This document shows, in pieces, positions 24,105 to 37,063 of a stretch of DNA of 64,000 nt. Both the position numbers and the translations under genes were made by a program. Below the pieces are notes generated by a model. That model did not search any database, was not told the origin of the DNA, and was given only the letters and a program-made list of their open reading frames with translations. The stretch is from Catajapyx aquilonaris (lineage: Eukaryota), in NCBI GenBank assembly GCA_000934665.2, contig KZ538348.1:1-64000 (forward strand), in the 5' to 3' direction. How positions within the stretch are numbered: the first letter of the stretch is position 1; each line of letters begins with the position of its first letter.

Positions 24105-25609
24105 TTGATATTTTGGTTTGTCGGTATTTGGTTGGTATATAGGTTGGCCTATTATGACCCAGGTGTAAATGATCACTTCTTGCTCTTTTGATGTGATTAA
24201 GATTTGATTAAGACTGCCTTACCGCTGCCATAAACCATTTTCCCACTGGAAAACGACTATGAAGGTGGAACGTCCATTGTCGTTTAATATCGTCAGTCGT
24301 CACCATTTAAAGAAATTATTCTGTTTCTGTAACTTCAATGCGAAAAATTGACAAAAATGCAACCTTTAGGAACTACAAGTAGCAAACAAAGGATCCGCTA
24401 AAATTAAGGTGAATGACACTGATCTATGTTGTTAGCAATATCTTAAAATATACCGAAGCAGGTTGGTGTAGGGGATAAGGAGCCCGCCTGCTAATCGGGA
24501 GGTCCTGGGTTCGAATCCCGGGGCCAGCGACCCTGACCATGGTTTTCCATGGTCCCCCCAGGACAATTCCGGGGTCGTTTCCGTAAAAATAGGCCACAGC
24601 CGCTTCCTTTCTTCCCTATCCCTGATCCCATCCAATGGTGGTAATCCACCCCCCTAAGGGAGCCGAAGGCTCTAGCACGGGGTATGAAATAAAAAATAAA
24701 TATCCTAAAATATAGGTTGCTCAAAAATAAAGGACTAACTTAGTGCTTTCAGAAATTCTGATCATTTAGCTGTTGTGAAATATGCATAAAAATGAAAGTA
24801 TTAAGTTATTTGTGTATATAGAAATTGAAATAACTAAGCAGCTACATTCTTCTCACCTGACGCACTTGGCGGCCAAAAAAAAATAGAAAAGAAATGGTGA
24901 CAGTTTCAAATAACCTTGGATATTCCAAAATACAGCAGGTTTAGAGCACATAATTATTTTCTGTGGAGAGGTATAGGCCTAGAGTATTTTTGGATGCCAT
25001 GTTCTATCATCTCGGGAAACTCGGGCGCGAAGAGTGTACCGGTAGCAGTAATTTACAAGTAACTTTCTGAAGTGCCCTACTTTCTGCCTACTGGAAATAG
25101 TTCAATGAGCAGAATTTCTCTAATTAGTGTTCCTTCTGTGTTCCGCGTTAGACCACTCTCCATAAATCATTTTAAAAATGTGACAAATAATGATTTTCTC
25201 TTGTAGCCTACTCAGAATGCAGGAAATGGGCACGCTATCTGCTGTGAGGAAACGGCATGTGGAGCTGGCAGATTATTCATGCGAATCTCCTCCTTACAAA
25301 CCTATGGAGCAAAGGGCAGCTGTTCCACTTGCCATTTTATTATGCATTGGTATGGGTGTATCCGTGATGATCATGGTTGTTGAACGTAAAATAGCACAAA
25401 AACAATATAGCAAAAGAATTTTGGATGTTATTCCCACTGACAGTAATAAAATACTGGCATATTATTGGCTTGCAAAAGTCAGAGGACATTCAAAGCAAAG
25501 CCTGAACATCGGCCCCTATGAATCTATGTCAAAAGTAGTCCATCAGCAAAATTGGATTACACGTTTGTCTCAGTCATTCCAGAGAAAAGTTGGAAAAATT
25601 AATTCTTAA
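14406..25609 (+). CDS. Divergent ionotropic receptor, paralog B, 10 coding exons, ~681 aa
   Basis: Exons 14406-14592, 14675-14859, 14962-15117, 15193-15351, 18104-18204, 18274-18432, 21040-21257, 22519-22733, 23747-24009, 25207-25609 total 2046 nt in frame. Hydrophobic signal-like N-terminus; WERRRDFG, RRMEVMDFTIP, GAFCQQG, CYGSVLISSLTVQ, LQKHSPYTKIINY. Confidence 0.9.
15706..16610. mobile_element. Non-autonomous TIR element with duplicated right end
   Basis: 17-bp perfect inverted ends tatatcctcctgagacc / ggtctcaggaggatata; right-end block with a 20-bp palindrome also present at ~16207-16240. Confidence 0.65.
16899..16925 (+). mobile_element. Helitron-like 3' terminus (GC hairpin + CTAG|T)
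   Basis: cccgggcaacgccgg hairpin followed by ...gctag|t, the canonical Helitron 3' end arrangement. Confidence 0.55.
18780..20608. mobile_element. hAT-like non-autonomous element containing nested insertions
   Basis: 8-bp direct repeat gttgcatc at 18772-18779 and 20609-20616; GC-rich (C)AGGGG.. and ..CTCNTG ends with poly-C tracts. Confidence 0.55.
18858..19149. mobile_element. TIR element carrying a (TAACC)n tract
   Basis: cttgtcttcactaaggcgtggggacg / cgtccccagaccttattgaagacaag inverted ends; (TAACC)n at 18921-18970. Confidence 0.7.
20685..20995 (+). mobile_element. tRNA-derived SINE (body type 2, tail type 2)
   Basis: gaggtcccgggttcaatccc B-box region; body shared with the 21471 and 60129 copies; tail aatggtggtaatcc.cccccc shared with the 24453 copy. 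Boundaries approximate. Confidence 0.7.
21471..21984 (+). mobile_element. tRNA-derived SINE (head/body type 2, tail type 1, compound microsatellite end)
   Basis: A-box-like gtggcgctgcgg, B-box ggttcgatccc; 15-bp TSD tataccggtccagta at 21456-21470 and 21985-21999. Confidence 0.88.
22334..22470. repeat. Compound microsatellite (AAC)n(AAT)n(GTT)n
   Basis: Read directly; the outer tracts are complementary to each other. Confidence 0.95.
22942..23000. repeat. Short hairpin with ~25-bp stem
   Basis: ccgcctgcacctctccttctctgtta / taacagagaaggagaggtgcaggcgg. Confidence 0.85.
24040..24103. repeat. (TAA)n microsatellite
   Basis: Read directly. Confidence 0.95.
24453..24698 (+). mobile_element. tRNA-derived SINE (head type 1, tail type 2)
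   Basis: ccgaagcag...ctgctaatcgggaggtcctgggttcgaatccc matches the 10304 copy; TSD aatatc(t/c)taaaatata at 24437-24452 and 24699-24714. Confidence 0.85.
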
Positions 25610-26783
25610 ATGTTCACTTAAAAATTAACGTGGCTCGTCTGGGCCAGTCGTTCTTGTCAATACTAAACGAGTTGATGGTCCCGATGTTTCATTGAGACAT
25701 ACAAGCAGTGCAGTGTCAATACCTCTTAGCACCCAATAGTTTTTCCCCATATATTATCTACAGTACGCATGTATTATATTAGCCTATAATATTGTAACGC
25801 CCTCCCATCTCACCACTGTCAAACTCCTACATATACCTATATAGTATAGATACCGGTACTATAGTAGATGTATACTGTACTACTGTAGTACTGTACAGAT
25901 GCACATATATCTTGACAAATGAAGATGTAAGTTATACCATCGTCATGAAATAAAAATATTACCACTGACAAGTCAGCTCTAGTTAGCAAGAGGTGCTATT
26001 TTATATTAATGTTTAGAGTCATCGAAATTTCCTGAGTAAAAATGTTTTAGTATAGGTTCTAGCTGTAACATCAAGAGAAATGTGCATTATGTTTTGGCTA
26101 TAAAACTTTGAACATTCCAATAATTATTACATGCGAATTACCAAGTATGCCGGCGTATTATTGCTTATTGTTTCAATTAGCTAGCACAGTGTAAATAATT
26201 TTTCGACAACATGAAAGTAGGTAAGATCATGCGACTATACAAGTGGAAGCTGTCGTAATATCTTTTCAGTAATTAGAATGTAGGCTACAGCGTAGTAGAC
26301 GCTTAGATTATATATCCGACATTGTTCAAGGTCCGGTTGCATGTGCGATAGTAAATTCAGAACAAGATTAGTGGTTAATCCTGTGCGTATAATATGTATC
26401 AATAGCTTGTTCATTCTGGATTTGCCATTGATCATGCAACCGCGACCATATAAATAAATAGGCGAACCCTACAGTGAAAGTTCATTGGGATTTGAGTGCC
26501 AACCAACTCCGCTGTGCATGCACGTGTTAGAGCGTATTTATTGAAAATACAATAAAATCCTTATGGTAGAGTGGATTCGCTTGGGGCGGTATGAAACCTT
26601 GTGCTGTAGGCTTTGCGTGCTATGTCAAACTAGTTGTCAGTGTTCTGGAAAATACGTCGTGTTTTCTTGTGAATTTTTTATCAGTGGTCAATAGCGATCC
26701 GTCAATTTTTATGATATGTAGCCTAGGACGTTGCGATGCGCTGGTCGCCTAAGCAGGTTGGTAAGGACTCGGCGTCGCACGAG

Positions 26784-29700
26784 ATGAAAAACATTCTTCT
26801 CCCTAAAGGCACATGGGCGTGTCTCATTTCTCACTTACTAGTCACGGAATGTTTAGGCAACGGTGATTTTATGAAGGACCCTGAACATGTGGAAAATCTT
26901 AATCAATTTTTGAAAGAATATTGCAGATTTTACAGAGTACAAGACTTGCAGATAATCTGGCTGAACCCATTACGTAAGTATATCCTATTTTCTTCAGCAT
27001 TATAAAAGGGTCAATCAACTAAGTCCCTACATAATTATGTGGCATTATACACAATACCCACTCAGAAAATACATCCCAAGCACTACATTCGCTTTACGTA
27101 ATAAGAGACATGATCAAATCTCCGAGTCTACGAGTGCAAATATTACTGGAAATCAAGCCACGTCACTTGAACAACTACTTCAGTCCTCATGCGTTGTCGT
27201 TTGTGTATGTGGACGACGATACGAAACTCCAAGAAAATATTTGGAATAAGGTACAGTGTTTTATTTTACATACATGTCTACAATTAGGGTTTATTCTCTC
27301 TTAATAAAACTTTGAAAATGACAAGTTCATTGTAACCGACACTTTCCGTTTGCAGGAAGGCTTTAGAGAAGCATTTAGAGAAGGTTGTAGATGGCTATTT
27401 TTTGTAACCCAGTCATCGATACAAAAAATGACCGCGACATTTGAACAGATGCGAATATTTACAGATAGCAATGTAACATTCGGCGTCGAAAAAGCTAATG
27501 GAGATATTGAGGTATGCTCTCGTAATGGCATAATTATGTAATAATGATAACTGGCACTACTTATGATGCACTGATATTTCAGCTGCATGAAGCTTACAAA
27601 ATCGCAAATGGAGCACCTGTGAAACTGGAAGAAGTTGGTTTCTGGAAGAAAGAAATGAAGCACTTGGAAATAAAGCCTCTGATGTCTTTGTGGCAGAGGC
27701 GGCGAAATTTTGAAGGACTTCGCATCAATGTCGTTCTTCCTGTCCTCAAGGAATATCCAATTGTAAGCCGCCTTTTAAAAATACAATTTCTGACTGATGC
27801 GAGAAGCAAGCATTTTATATCAAAATATTAACCCTTATAATACCTGAGATTATAATCTAATTCATACACAACCTCCCTCCCCAATCGTATGCATTCTATA
27901 TGGTTCATTCATGTCACAAAAACGTGAGTGATATGCACCATTCAGTATTTATGTTAAGACTACAAAAGATTTTTTAGCTCAGCAAAAATAGTCCAATGGA
28001 ATGAATATTTTTGCTGAACTATTTTTTGTAGTCCTAACATAAATACCGAATAGTGCATATCACTCAAGTTTTTGTGCTTTTAACAAAGCATATTCCAATC
28101 TTCTTCTGTATATCCTTTTAAAATTGAAAAAAAATTGCACAAAGAACCATTTAGAGGCTGTCATTCACAGTTTCCAAATTGTTGCCAACATTTGTTTACT
28201 ATGTACTTCACAATTTATCTGATCAGTTACTGACCCCTAAATCGAAAATATCAGTAGCAAGAAGTCAGTAGAATGCCCTTCATATTTTCCTTTCGCATGT
28301 CAGGCTATATATTGGCAGAAACTCTGCATTGATTCCTACATTGATTAAGGTCACCGTCATCGCATGAACACTTGCTCCGTCGTTAATAATTCCTGACTCG
28401 AATATGAACAAAAGAACAGATTGAGTGATAGATCGACATTTTGCCTTAGAAAGAAATAATAAGGGTTATCATGTAGAGCCTTTCACTCTGTATTTGTTCT
28501 CCTGCCATACCTCTCTCGTTCATCCTGCATACCTGTTGACATGTAAGGAAAGAAAAAAAAAAGCATAACGATTCGGCGGTATTGTAAATGATACGAGTTG
28601 ACTTGGGTAGAAAGCCTGGCACGTTGGGGAATTAGTGGACCACAGCACGCAAGGTAGTCGAGCAGCCATCTGTTGTCAGTTTTTGGTGCTGCACAGCAAA
28701 GTGCGGCAGAAAATCAGAAGACTGCACTGTATTCTACGTATTTGAGTAAAAGCAGTGCAGCATAATGACATGCACCATATGCTAAGGTTTTATCGGGGAA
28801 AACCTGAATGAAAACACTTCACTCATGCAATGACAGTTAGTGTTGGATGCAAAATAATGCCCACGTTTCAAACAAGCATTTACATGAGTGTTTCACGACC
28901 AATTTACAGACGTCACTATCATTTTTTTTGTTTTCGAAACTTTCAATACTCCAGTGCGGCATGAAGTAAGACTTTAACCCCTTCGTTACCAGATAGGCCC
29001 GAACCACATAGATTTTTGGCTTACCCGTACTCGAAGATACGCACAATATTGATTCAAAATGATATTCCTTTGGACCTGTGAATACTACGTACATGAAATA
29101 TTATTTTAAACTCAAAGTAGAACTGACTAAATCTAGTTTTACGTGACTGTAAGATATATATTTTTACAACTTGGAATGCGCAGTGCGTTTCCATTTTCAC
29201 ATTCATTTTATGCCCATTATATTAATAGTCATTTGTTTTGTTACTAAGATATTAAATACTCGTAGTTACAAATGTTACAAAAAAGCCAAATCAATATTAT
29301 TATTATTTTTTTACCTAGAAATGGGGTCAGGGGAGACAAAAGGGCGTGAGTGATGAAGTAGTGAAGGGAAGGTAGGTGGGAATCCGCAAGTTATTTGAAT
29401 TGTGGAAGCATATGGTGGCATCCGGAGATAGATTTTTTTGGAGTTTTCGGTTGTCCTGATTTGCTACAGTTCCTGGCTTTTTCTTTCTTTGGAACAAGAC
29501 AACCGCGCTCTGATATTTGTCAAGGATTTCTTGTGTGTAGAGAGTAAAGAGGTCCCACATTTTGTTGGCCAGGCAAAACTATTTATTATTAATAATAGAC
29601 TGTAGTAAAATACTATACAACTATAGCATTATAATAATGGCAACTGTCGTTTTCATAATAGCATTTTAAAAGTTGACGGCAATATTTTCCGATACTTCAA

Positions 29701-32700
29701 TAGGCGTTGTTATAGAAAAGTTTGTCACTATCAGAAGTGCAAAATGACCTACTTTGGCACAAAAGCTACAATAAAATCACATGAAAAGTACTGTAAGATT
29801 TATTATTAATTGTTGCTTGAAGATCGCAATAAAACCTTTTTCTTCTCGGGTGTGACATATTTTGAACGCCGTAGGGCCTACATGACGCCAGTAATATTTT
29901 CCTTATTTTTTAATTATCAAGTGTCTCAATAACTCATATCTGCATAAATGGAAATACCGTTTACCGTACCTTTTTGCAAGTTGACCCTGCGCAACAGCCC
30001 ACGCTCACATGGCTACCAACAAGTCATTAATTCAGGGTCCTCGGGATTTCCATGAATATACAGCCAGGAAGTGACATTTAAGATACTGAGTACTTAAACT
30101 TTGCAGTGCACAAAATATCCACCACTAGATAACTCACCATAATTATACTATCCGTAATGTGGATGATCCCTTTTTATCAATGTCTTACTTGTATAATATG
30201 TTATTTTCTGTGAAGCTCCATACCATAATGATGAGATCTCATCACAGAATGCTTATTTGATGGACTCCAAATTTTAATATTAACCAGCATCTGTATTGTA
30301 TCCTCTCATTCGTATTATAAAGCAAGGAACCCCAGAACGATAATTCGGTCCTGTTACAAACTTTATGGGGCATGAGTGTTTTTTTTCCCGAATTAGTTTT
30401 TAACGAGTCTTCTAATTTTAGTGTCATTATTGCTATCCTTGATATTGGAAAGCTACAGTATATGTTGGTTGTTGTTGTTGGAGAGGGTACAAGTAGGCCA
30501 TCATGACCCAGGTGAAGAGCTACAGTAATGTTGGTTATAAAATTCAAGTGACATTATTTCAACATGATTGTAAAGACAGTATTGCGGCGACATTCATATT
30601 TAAAAAATGAAAGCAGGGATATAATACTTTCTATGAACATTTTCCTCAATGTTCACTCAACGTAATTTTTTATCCTTTTACTATGAATTTATTACAATAA
30701 TGTCAAGTGATATTCAACTCACTATGGGTTTTACTTTGATGCATTTCTCTTTAAACGGAGTTACTTTTCTTAACATATTGAAAAGCATATTTTTATTTAA
30801 TACGTATGTAAGCCATACATCGAATCATAATTATAATGATTATAATCTGTTGTGTGTTATACACCTGCTATTGTCTAGTATCAAACAAGGTGACAAGTTT
30901 TCATGATGATGTAATTTACTAGTTTTGCAAGTTGTGAAACTATCGTCTGTATTGACAACTTGTTACTATACTGCATTGCACTTTCTGTTACAGACTCTAG
31001 ATACAAATTCTCATTCGGTTGTGCCAGATTCCGCATTTCAACATCAGTTTGACAAGCAACTGCTCATCCATTTGGGAAATTTGCTCAACTTTACGTAAGT
31101 ATTGAGGCAGATGCTAAGGAAGCTTTTCCTATTTGTTTGGCCGGCTCTGGCAGCAGGAAAAGTGATTAATATTGCATCCAGAGAATTAGGAAAAGTTCCA
31201 ACAGCTATACAAGAATAATAAAGATAATGTCTGTTTCAATTCACAGAATCCCAAGCATGATTCATTATGGTACATTTTTGTAGATTTTTTTCTGTCGTTT
31301 CACTATAAATTTCACATTGATATAAATGCCGGAGGGCAGAAGAAATTAATATCTAAATACGGGTCCAAGCTAGCACGTTATTCTCGTTAATAATAGAAGT
31401 CGCGTGGTACGGCAGAAACACCTAAATGCCAAGACCTCTTGGCACTTAGGTGTTTCTGCCGTACAATGCGACAATATACGCGTATTTGTGGCAATATTTT
31501 TTGTACTCTTAAATGAAGAAAACATTATAGCAGTCATATGTACAGCACATGAGATGGTGTAACTATATTTCTGGGAATTTTTGTTCAAAATTACATTATG
31601 AGATTTTCCCATATTATAGTAATAATTTGGGTTTTCTAGCAACTGAAATAAGCTCGGAAATAAGTTTCCTTGAAATATGATCATAGGTCTGCAAAAATAC
31701 ATCATTATGCACTCTGACTTCCAAGTGCTATAATATAAATTAATTATTAGCCCAAAGTGATACACATTCACATGTATGTGCACTAAATTGAGTTATGAAT
31801 ATTATAAAATGTACGAGTAATAACTGAAGACATTGAATCCAGAACGACAGAATCACATTTTGCTCAAAAATTGAGATAGTCATAGTTTACGATTGTTCTG
31901 GAATGATACCGTACGTTCTGATGGCAAGTCAGATTTCTCAGATAAAATTCAACCACGTAGAGAGAAATTTTATAATAAAAAAGATGGTATCATTCCGTAC
32001 GGTATAATGCAATCCTCAAACGTCAAACTCTCTTAATTATCTCACAATCAGTCAAATGGGACTCTGATGGTTCTGCATTTATCAGGGCTTTAGGTAATGT
32101 ATACTGTATGTTACCGGCAATGTGTGAAATCCAGGCATCATATAAAATGTCTAGGCATTACACATATAATGCCGGATTTCATGCATTGCTAGTAGCATAT
32201 ACGATACAGTAGCCTATACTTATACATTTTATCACTCTGGATTTTATACAGTAACATCAAATGTTTTTAAAATTTGGAATATATTACAATTGCTAATTTC
32301 ATCCCATGTAGTAAGGTAGCCTGCTGTTCATACATGTTGGTAATGGCCATTTCCAGATTTGAATATTGCATAATCTTGTAGGGGTTTTATCACAGGAGGT
32401 GGAATTAATAATTATTAAATCCTTTTTAGAGGTAATGTAGTAGGCCTATCTAGTCAGGCAAACGCTTCATAAGGTATTGTGAACTTTGTTAGTTGAGGTC
32501 GGTTGAGGTCATCTTCCTACCAATGGAGGTAGATATTCTTCTAGACTCTAGCCTAGATTCTTGGTTAATACGGTACCTACTACCTAACTCTACGCCTGTC
32601 GGTTATGCTTTGGGTACGACAGGGGTGTTGTTGCATATAGGGCAGGATGTTGCGAACCTGCTAGATCTAGTTTTTCCAAACATTCTCTATGCTGCACTGC

Positions 32701-32739
32701 ACTGATGTGTAATGAGTGCGAAGGCTTATAATAATAGTA

Positions 32740-32825
<86 letters not shown>

Positions 32826-35800
32826 TTCAATTCAGGTGGAAAGTTTCCGTTTTCCATGACCCAGGAGCACCGGATAAACCTCGGGCTCTTATAGAGCAGA
32901 ACACACTGGAGGATATTGTGATTGCCAGTACTCTTTCATTATCACCCAAAAGACTGGGCTTTATGGATTTCACCATTCCCATCATATCAGAGCGGTTTGT
33001 TTGGTTGAGTTTCTCATTGCATATTATCACGTTCTCTCCTAGGCATTCACGCGCACGTATAAATCTTTCAATTAGAATTTTTAAATATATAACGTAGTGT
33101 ACCTACAGGGCGCATTTTTTTCTGCATATTTAACAATATATGCAGGAGACTGGAATTCTGACATGATATTAACGAGAAGTGCCAGAAAAAAAAACAATAT
33201 TTTTAATTGAAAATTTGATGCAAAAATGCAATAAGACTTTCTCGTTAATTCATGCTGAATGATTGAAGTAGCACAATTATGGCCTCGACTATATCAATTG
33301 TAAGATTGTAATTTTATTTTATTCTGGTTTTAGCATTGCATTCTACATCAGAACGCCTTCATCACGGGGCTCGTGGAATGCTTTTTTAACTGTATTTGAG
33401 TGGGACACGTGGATTACGTTGATTGCAATGGTGCCATTGCTTGCGATGACTTTGAATATATCCACAGCTGTCTATAATTCTGCAACTAACAGCACCGAAG
33501 AGAGAAATTTATTGGATGATTTGTGGGGGCTATTTGCTGCCTTTTGCCAAAAAGGTATGACCTGTAATTTCTATTGATTTTCTACTTTTAGAGTAGGATT
33601 ATACATTAAGAACCATTGGGTGGAATTTTCGTCCCACTGCTAGTTATTACTAGCAGGAACTATCGTCAAAGATACATGTATAGTACTTTACCTGGTATCC
33701 CTCCCTCTTCCGACTAATCTGCACAATTTTTTGAGGGTGATACTGTATAGTCCATTTGCAAGGAATGGCTAGGTATTTTCCCAAATATGACATACCGTCT
33801 TCTGTTGCCCCAGTCCTTCATTCCCTTAGCGCATAATATCGATAAAAAAGAGAGAAAGGAGTTACGACCTGAGTTTATTTGTAAATTAATGCAGGGAGAG
33901 TTGCCAAGTTTTCTCAAATAATGTATATGCCTCTTTTTGGGAAGTGTCTCAAGAATCCATTGCTATACACCTAACCTGATAATTTTAGAAAGTGGTTTGC
34001 GGAATTTCCCAACTGAAATTCTCATTTCCATTTCTGGCCCCCTATACATTTTGAAACGTGATTTGTTCTGCAGACTCAGTTATGGAACAGATAGGTGACA
34101 TTTTACAGCCATGCAATCTGTACGTAATGGTAAATAATACAATTGAAATACAGCCACTACCAGACTGACGTTGCTCTGACATATACGTAAATTCGGACTT
34201 ACGCAAACATTTGACGCGAAAAAATCTACGGAACAAACGTAAGAAGCACCAATTGGAGAAAGCTTTCAGCCTTCATCGACTTTTCTCTAATACTCAGAGT
34301 GCAGATTTGCATGCAAAATGTAGAGTAGGCTATATGAGGATCCGGTGGCGGACATTTTCAACATCTTTTCTCATGAAGATTCCTTTTCATGATGTAAGGC
34401 AAAATATCCATTGAGTAAGGATCATGAATAGTCACACTCTTCAGAGATATTTGAACAAAAAAACAGGGTTGCGCAGCGAATGAATCACACCTATATCCAT
34501 ACAGGGTTTGCCCAATTTGAAGGTCCGAATAAGAGATGAATAGGGGACTTGATGGATTAGTCACACCTGAGCACTGGACCCCATTCGAATCTTTTCCCAT
34601 TCCGATCCAGGCTTGGGACAAGATTCAGGTTTACTTTTTGCATACGCCACCGACTTTGTTTACATTGCCAGGGGAGAAAAATCCATCAACTCTCCACCAT
34701 CCCGCTGTTGGAAGTCAACTTGGGCAGAGAATCACCTTCTACTCTATACTTATGTAATGCCTTTTTTATATTTCAGGTTCTGAAACCAGACCTGCTCGCA
34801 ATTCGGGTCGCCTTATATTTTGGTCCGGATGCTTCATGTTTCTTATATCATACATATATTACGGTTCAGTTCTTATATCGTTTCTGGCAGTTGAAAACAA
34901 ACGTGCACCCTTAGAGGATGTGTTTATTGGTCTGCGCTCTGACGAATGGACACTAAAAGTATGCAGCTGGATTCAAGAATTATTTTTAAAGGTAGGTTAC
35001 TGTGAGAACATAGCACATTAGTATCAAAAAATCGGGTAAAATATCTTGATTCCGGAGATGCAGTCGGTTTTTATGAGAACTAATATGTAAAAAAAAGTCA
35101 AAACGTGCTGCATGTGGTGGATGTTTTTAGCCCAAGAAATATACGGTAATTATGTTAGCGTTGTTTTCATACATGAGGCTTGGGCTAGTTCCTCGAAAAT
35201 GTTTTTGGATGGGGTACACGATAATCTGCCTCGCAGCACTGCAGATGACAAAATCCAATCAGTAAAACATGACACATGTTTACAGTTCACAATGGCACAT
35301 GCCTTTGTAATGTCAACTAGATCGAGACAGGCATATTGGTGCTGGTAACATGGCAGGACAAGAAAATGCCGGTATCTGTGCTTTGTGAACGCCGTGATAA
35401 CAGTGACCAGAGAGAGAGAGAATGATATGCGAAGACGGTAGATGGTTGATTCTCTGCCTGGAGTTGGGGGTGGCCAGGTGGAGAAAACGGAATATTTTAT
35501 TATCCCCTTTCCCCCATTTCCCGTCTGGCGGTGCACACATCAACCAGATGACGAAATTTGCAAGAATTCGATCTCTCGCCATGGTTACCTTTCAGCTCTC
35601 AGAAAAACGGGATTGCACTCTCGGAATCAAGATTCTATGCCCTCTTTTAAATGTCCAACTCAACTAAGTAAGTGCAGTGTCCTTAAGTAAACACCAGTCA
35701 CAAAATATTGGACACCACGGGTTTTCGCAAGATTATATGAAAAATCATATTTGAAAATATTGTACTATGATGGAGACACATGGTGTTCCATAATAATACG

Positions 35801-37063
35801 GCAAATGATAATGAATCCTTCCTCTGGACCAGACTAACTTTATTGTTAGGTGTATAAACTTTATCTTCAGGTTCACAGGAATAGGCCTACAACATTATAA
35901 TGTGTCGGTATTATTGCGGAACATCATGTAGAGAACTACAATGTTTATATTTTATTCTTAATGCATTCATTTCCATTTTAAATGATGTAGGAACCGAAAC
36001 CTGACACCTTGTTTTCTGATGTGGAAAGAAAGGCTTCCTATGTGGATTGTCAGACAGAGTTCAAGTTTTTTGAGGATGATAGCCAATGTATGCTGCTTGG
36101 AGTAGGAAGTGATGTGAAGGACTACTTGAAACGCAGGCCGGATGTAGCTTGCAAAGTTTCGACTTTGGAAGAAGCACTTTATACGGATAACTTGGCATTT
36201 GCCCTTGAAAAACATTCACCATACACCAAGATATTCAATTTCTAGTAAGTTTTCCAAAAGTGATAAGTAATTATTGCATGCAACGCAGCAATCCAAAAGC
36301 TTACTCATCCTACAAAAAAGCAGCGACAGTCTGCTATTATTTTCATCCATTATTGGCTAGTGTGTCAAAATACCTCCTTTGAGCGCACATTCCAGTAGTA
36401 AATTGATGTTTGGCCATCCCTCTGTCCTTACACGGGTTGTGTAATACGGTCTATTTTTCGTCCAAAATTTGGCTACTAAAACTATATGAGAGGGCCCTAT
36501 TCGAATGGATAAAAAATACCGTATTATTACTAAGGAAATGTTATCCAAACCAGTATTTTGATGTTATTTTGATATAGTGTGTGACTGGTTTTTAATAAAC
36601 GTCCATCGGCTTGGATTTTTAGTCCCACAAGAGGGTAAGCTGTTACTTTCACACACCAGAAAGATCATACACCTTTTTATTACGAAAAAGCACCTAAAGA
36701 AGCGGAATTTCTGTTATAGAAATGTTCTTTCCTGGTTGAACCACCATCACGCATTATTATACCTTCACATCAGTTGTATTAATTGCACACTAATATCTTT
36801 ATTCCAGCCTTTTGAAAATGCAGACACTGGGAACGATGTCAGTGTTACGGAGCCGGTACTTAGACAATCCGCGTCAATTATGTCCAACAGACCCTTTCAA
36901 AGAAGTGGACTCTCTAACAGCTTTGCCGCTTGCTACTTTACTTAGCTTGGGTATTGTACTTGCTGCTATATTCTTTCTTATGGAGATCACTCTCAATCTG
37001 ACTCATAAATCCAAGTATCCACAAGAAAACACCATTGATAAAATGAAGCTACATAGCAAATGA
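26784..37063 (+). CDS. Divergent ionotropic receptor, paralog C, 10 coding exons, ~638 aa
   Basis: Exons 26784-26973, 27066-27250, 27356-27511, 27583-27762, 30994-31094, 32836-32994, 33334-33554, 34777-34991, 35991-36244, 36808-37063 total 1917 nt in frame. WQRRRNFEG, KRLGFMDFTIP, AAFCQKG, YYGSVLISFLAV, ALEKHSPYTKIFN. An in-frame upstream ATG at 26736 is also possible. Confidence 0.88.
27915..28076. repeat. Fold-back hairpin element
   Basis: cacaaaaacgtgagtgatatgcaccattcagtatttatgttaagactacaaaa / ttttgtagtcctaacataaataccgaatagtgcatatcactcaagtttttgtg. Confidence 0.8.
32102..32210. repeat. Imperfect fold-back hairpin
   Basis: tactgtatgttaccggcaatgtgtgaaatcc / ggatttcatgcattgctagtagcatatacgatacagta. 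Confidence 0.6.
32745..32825. repeat. (AAT)n microsatellite abutting a splice acceptor
   Basis: Read directly; ends 10 nt before the IR-C exon starting at 32836. Confidence 0.95.

Noticed and set aside
27829..28468. piggyBac-like element (ttaacccttataa ... taataagggttat)
   Set aside because: Short imperfect match and the right TTAA is not intact; too weak to call.
36243..36245. Apparent premature TAG making IR-C a pseudogene
   Set aside because: TA|gtaagt is a phase-2 donor; splicing to C at 36808 gives TAC (Tyr), at the same intron position as in IR-A and IR-B.
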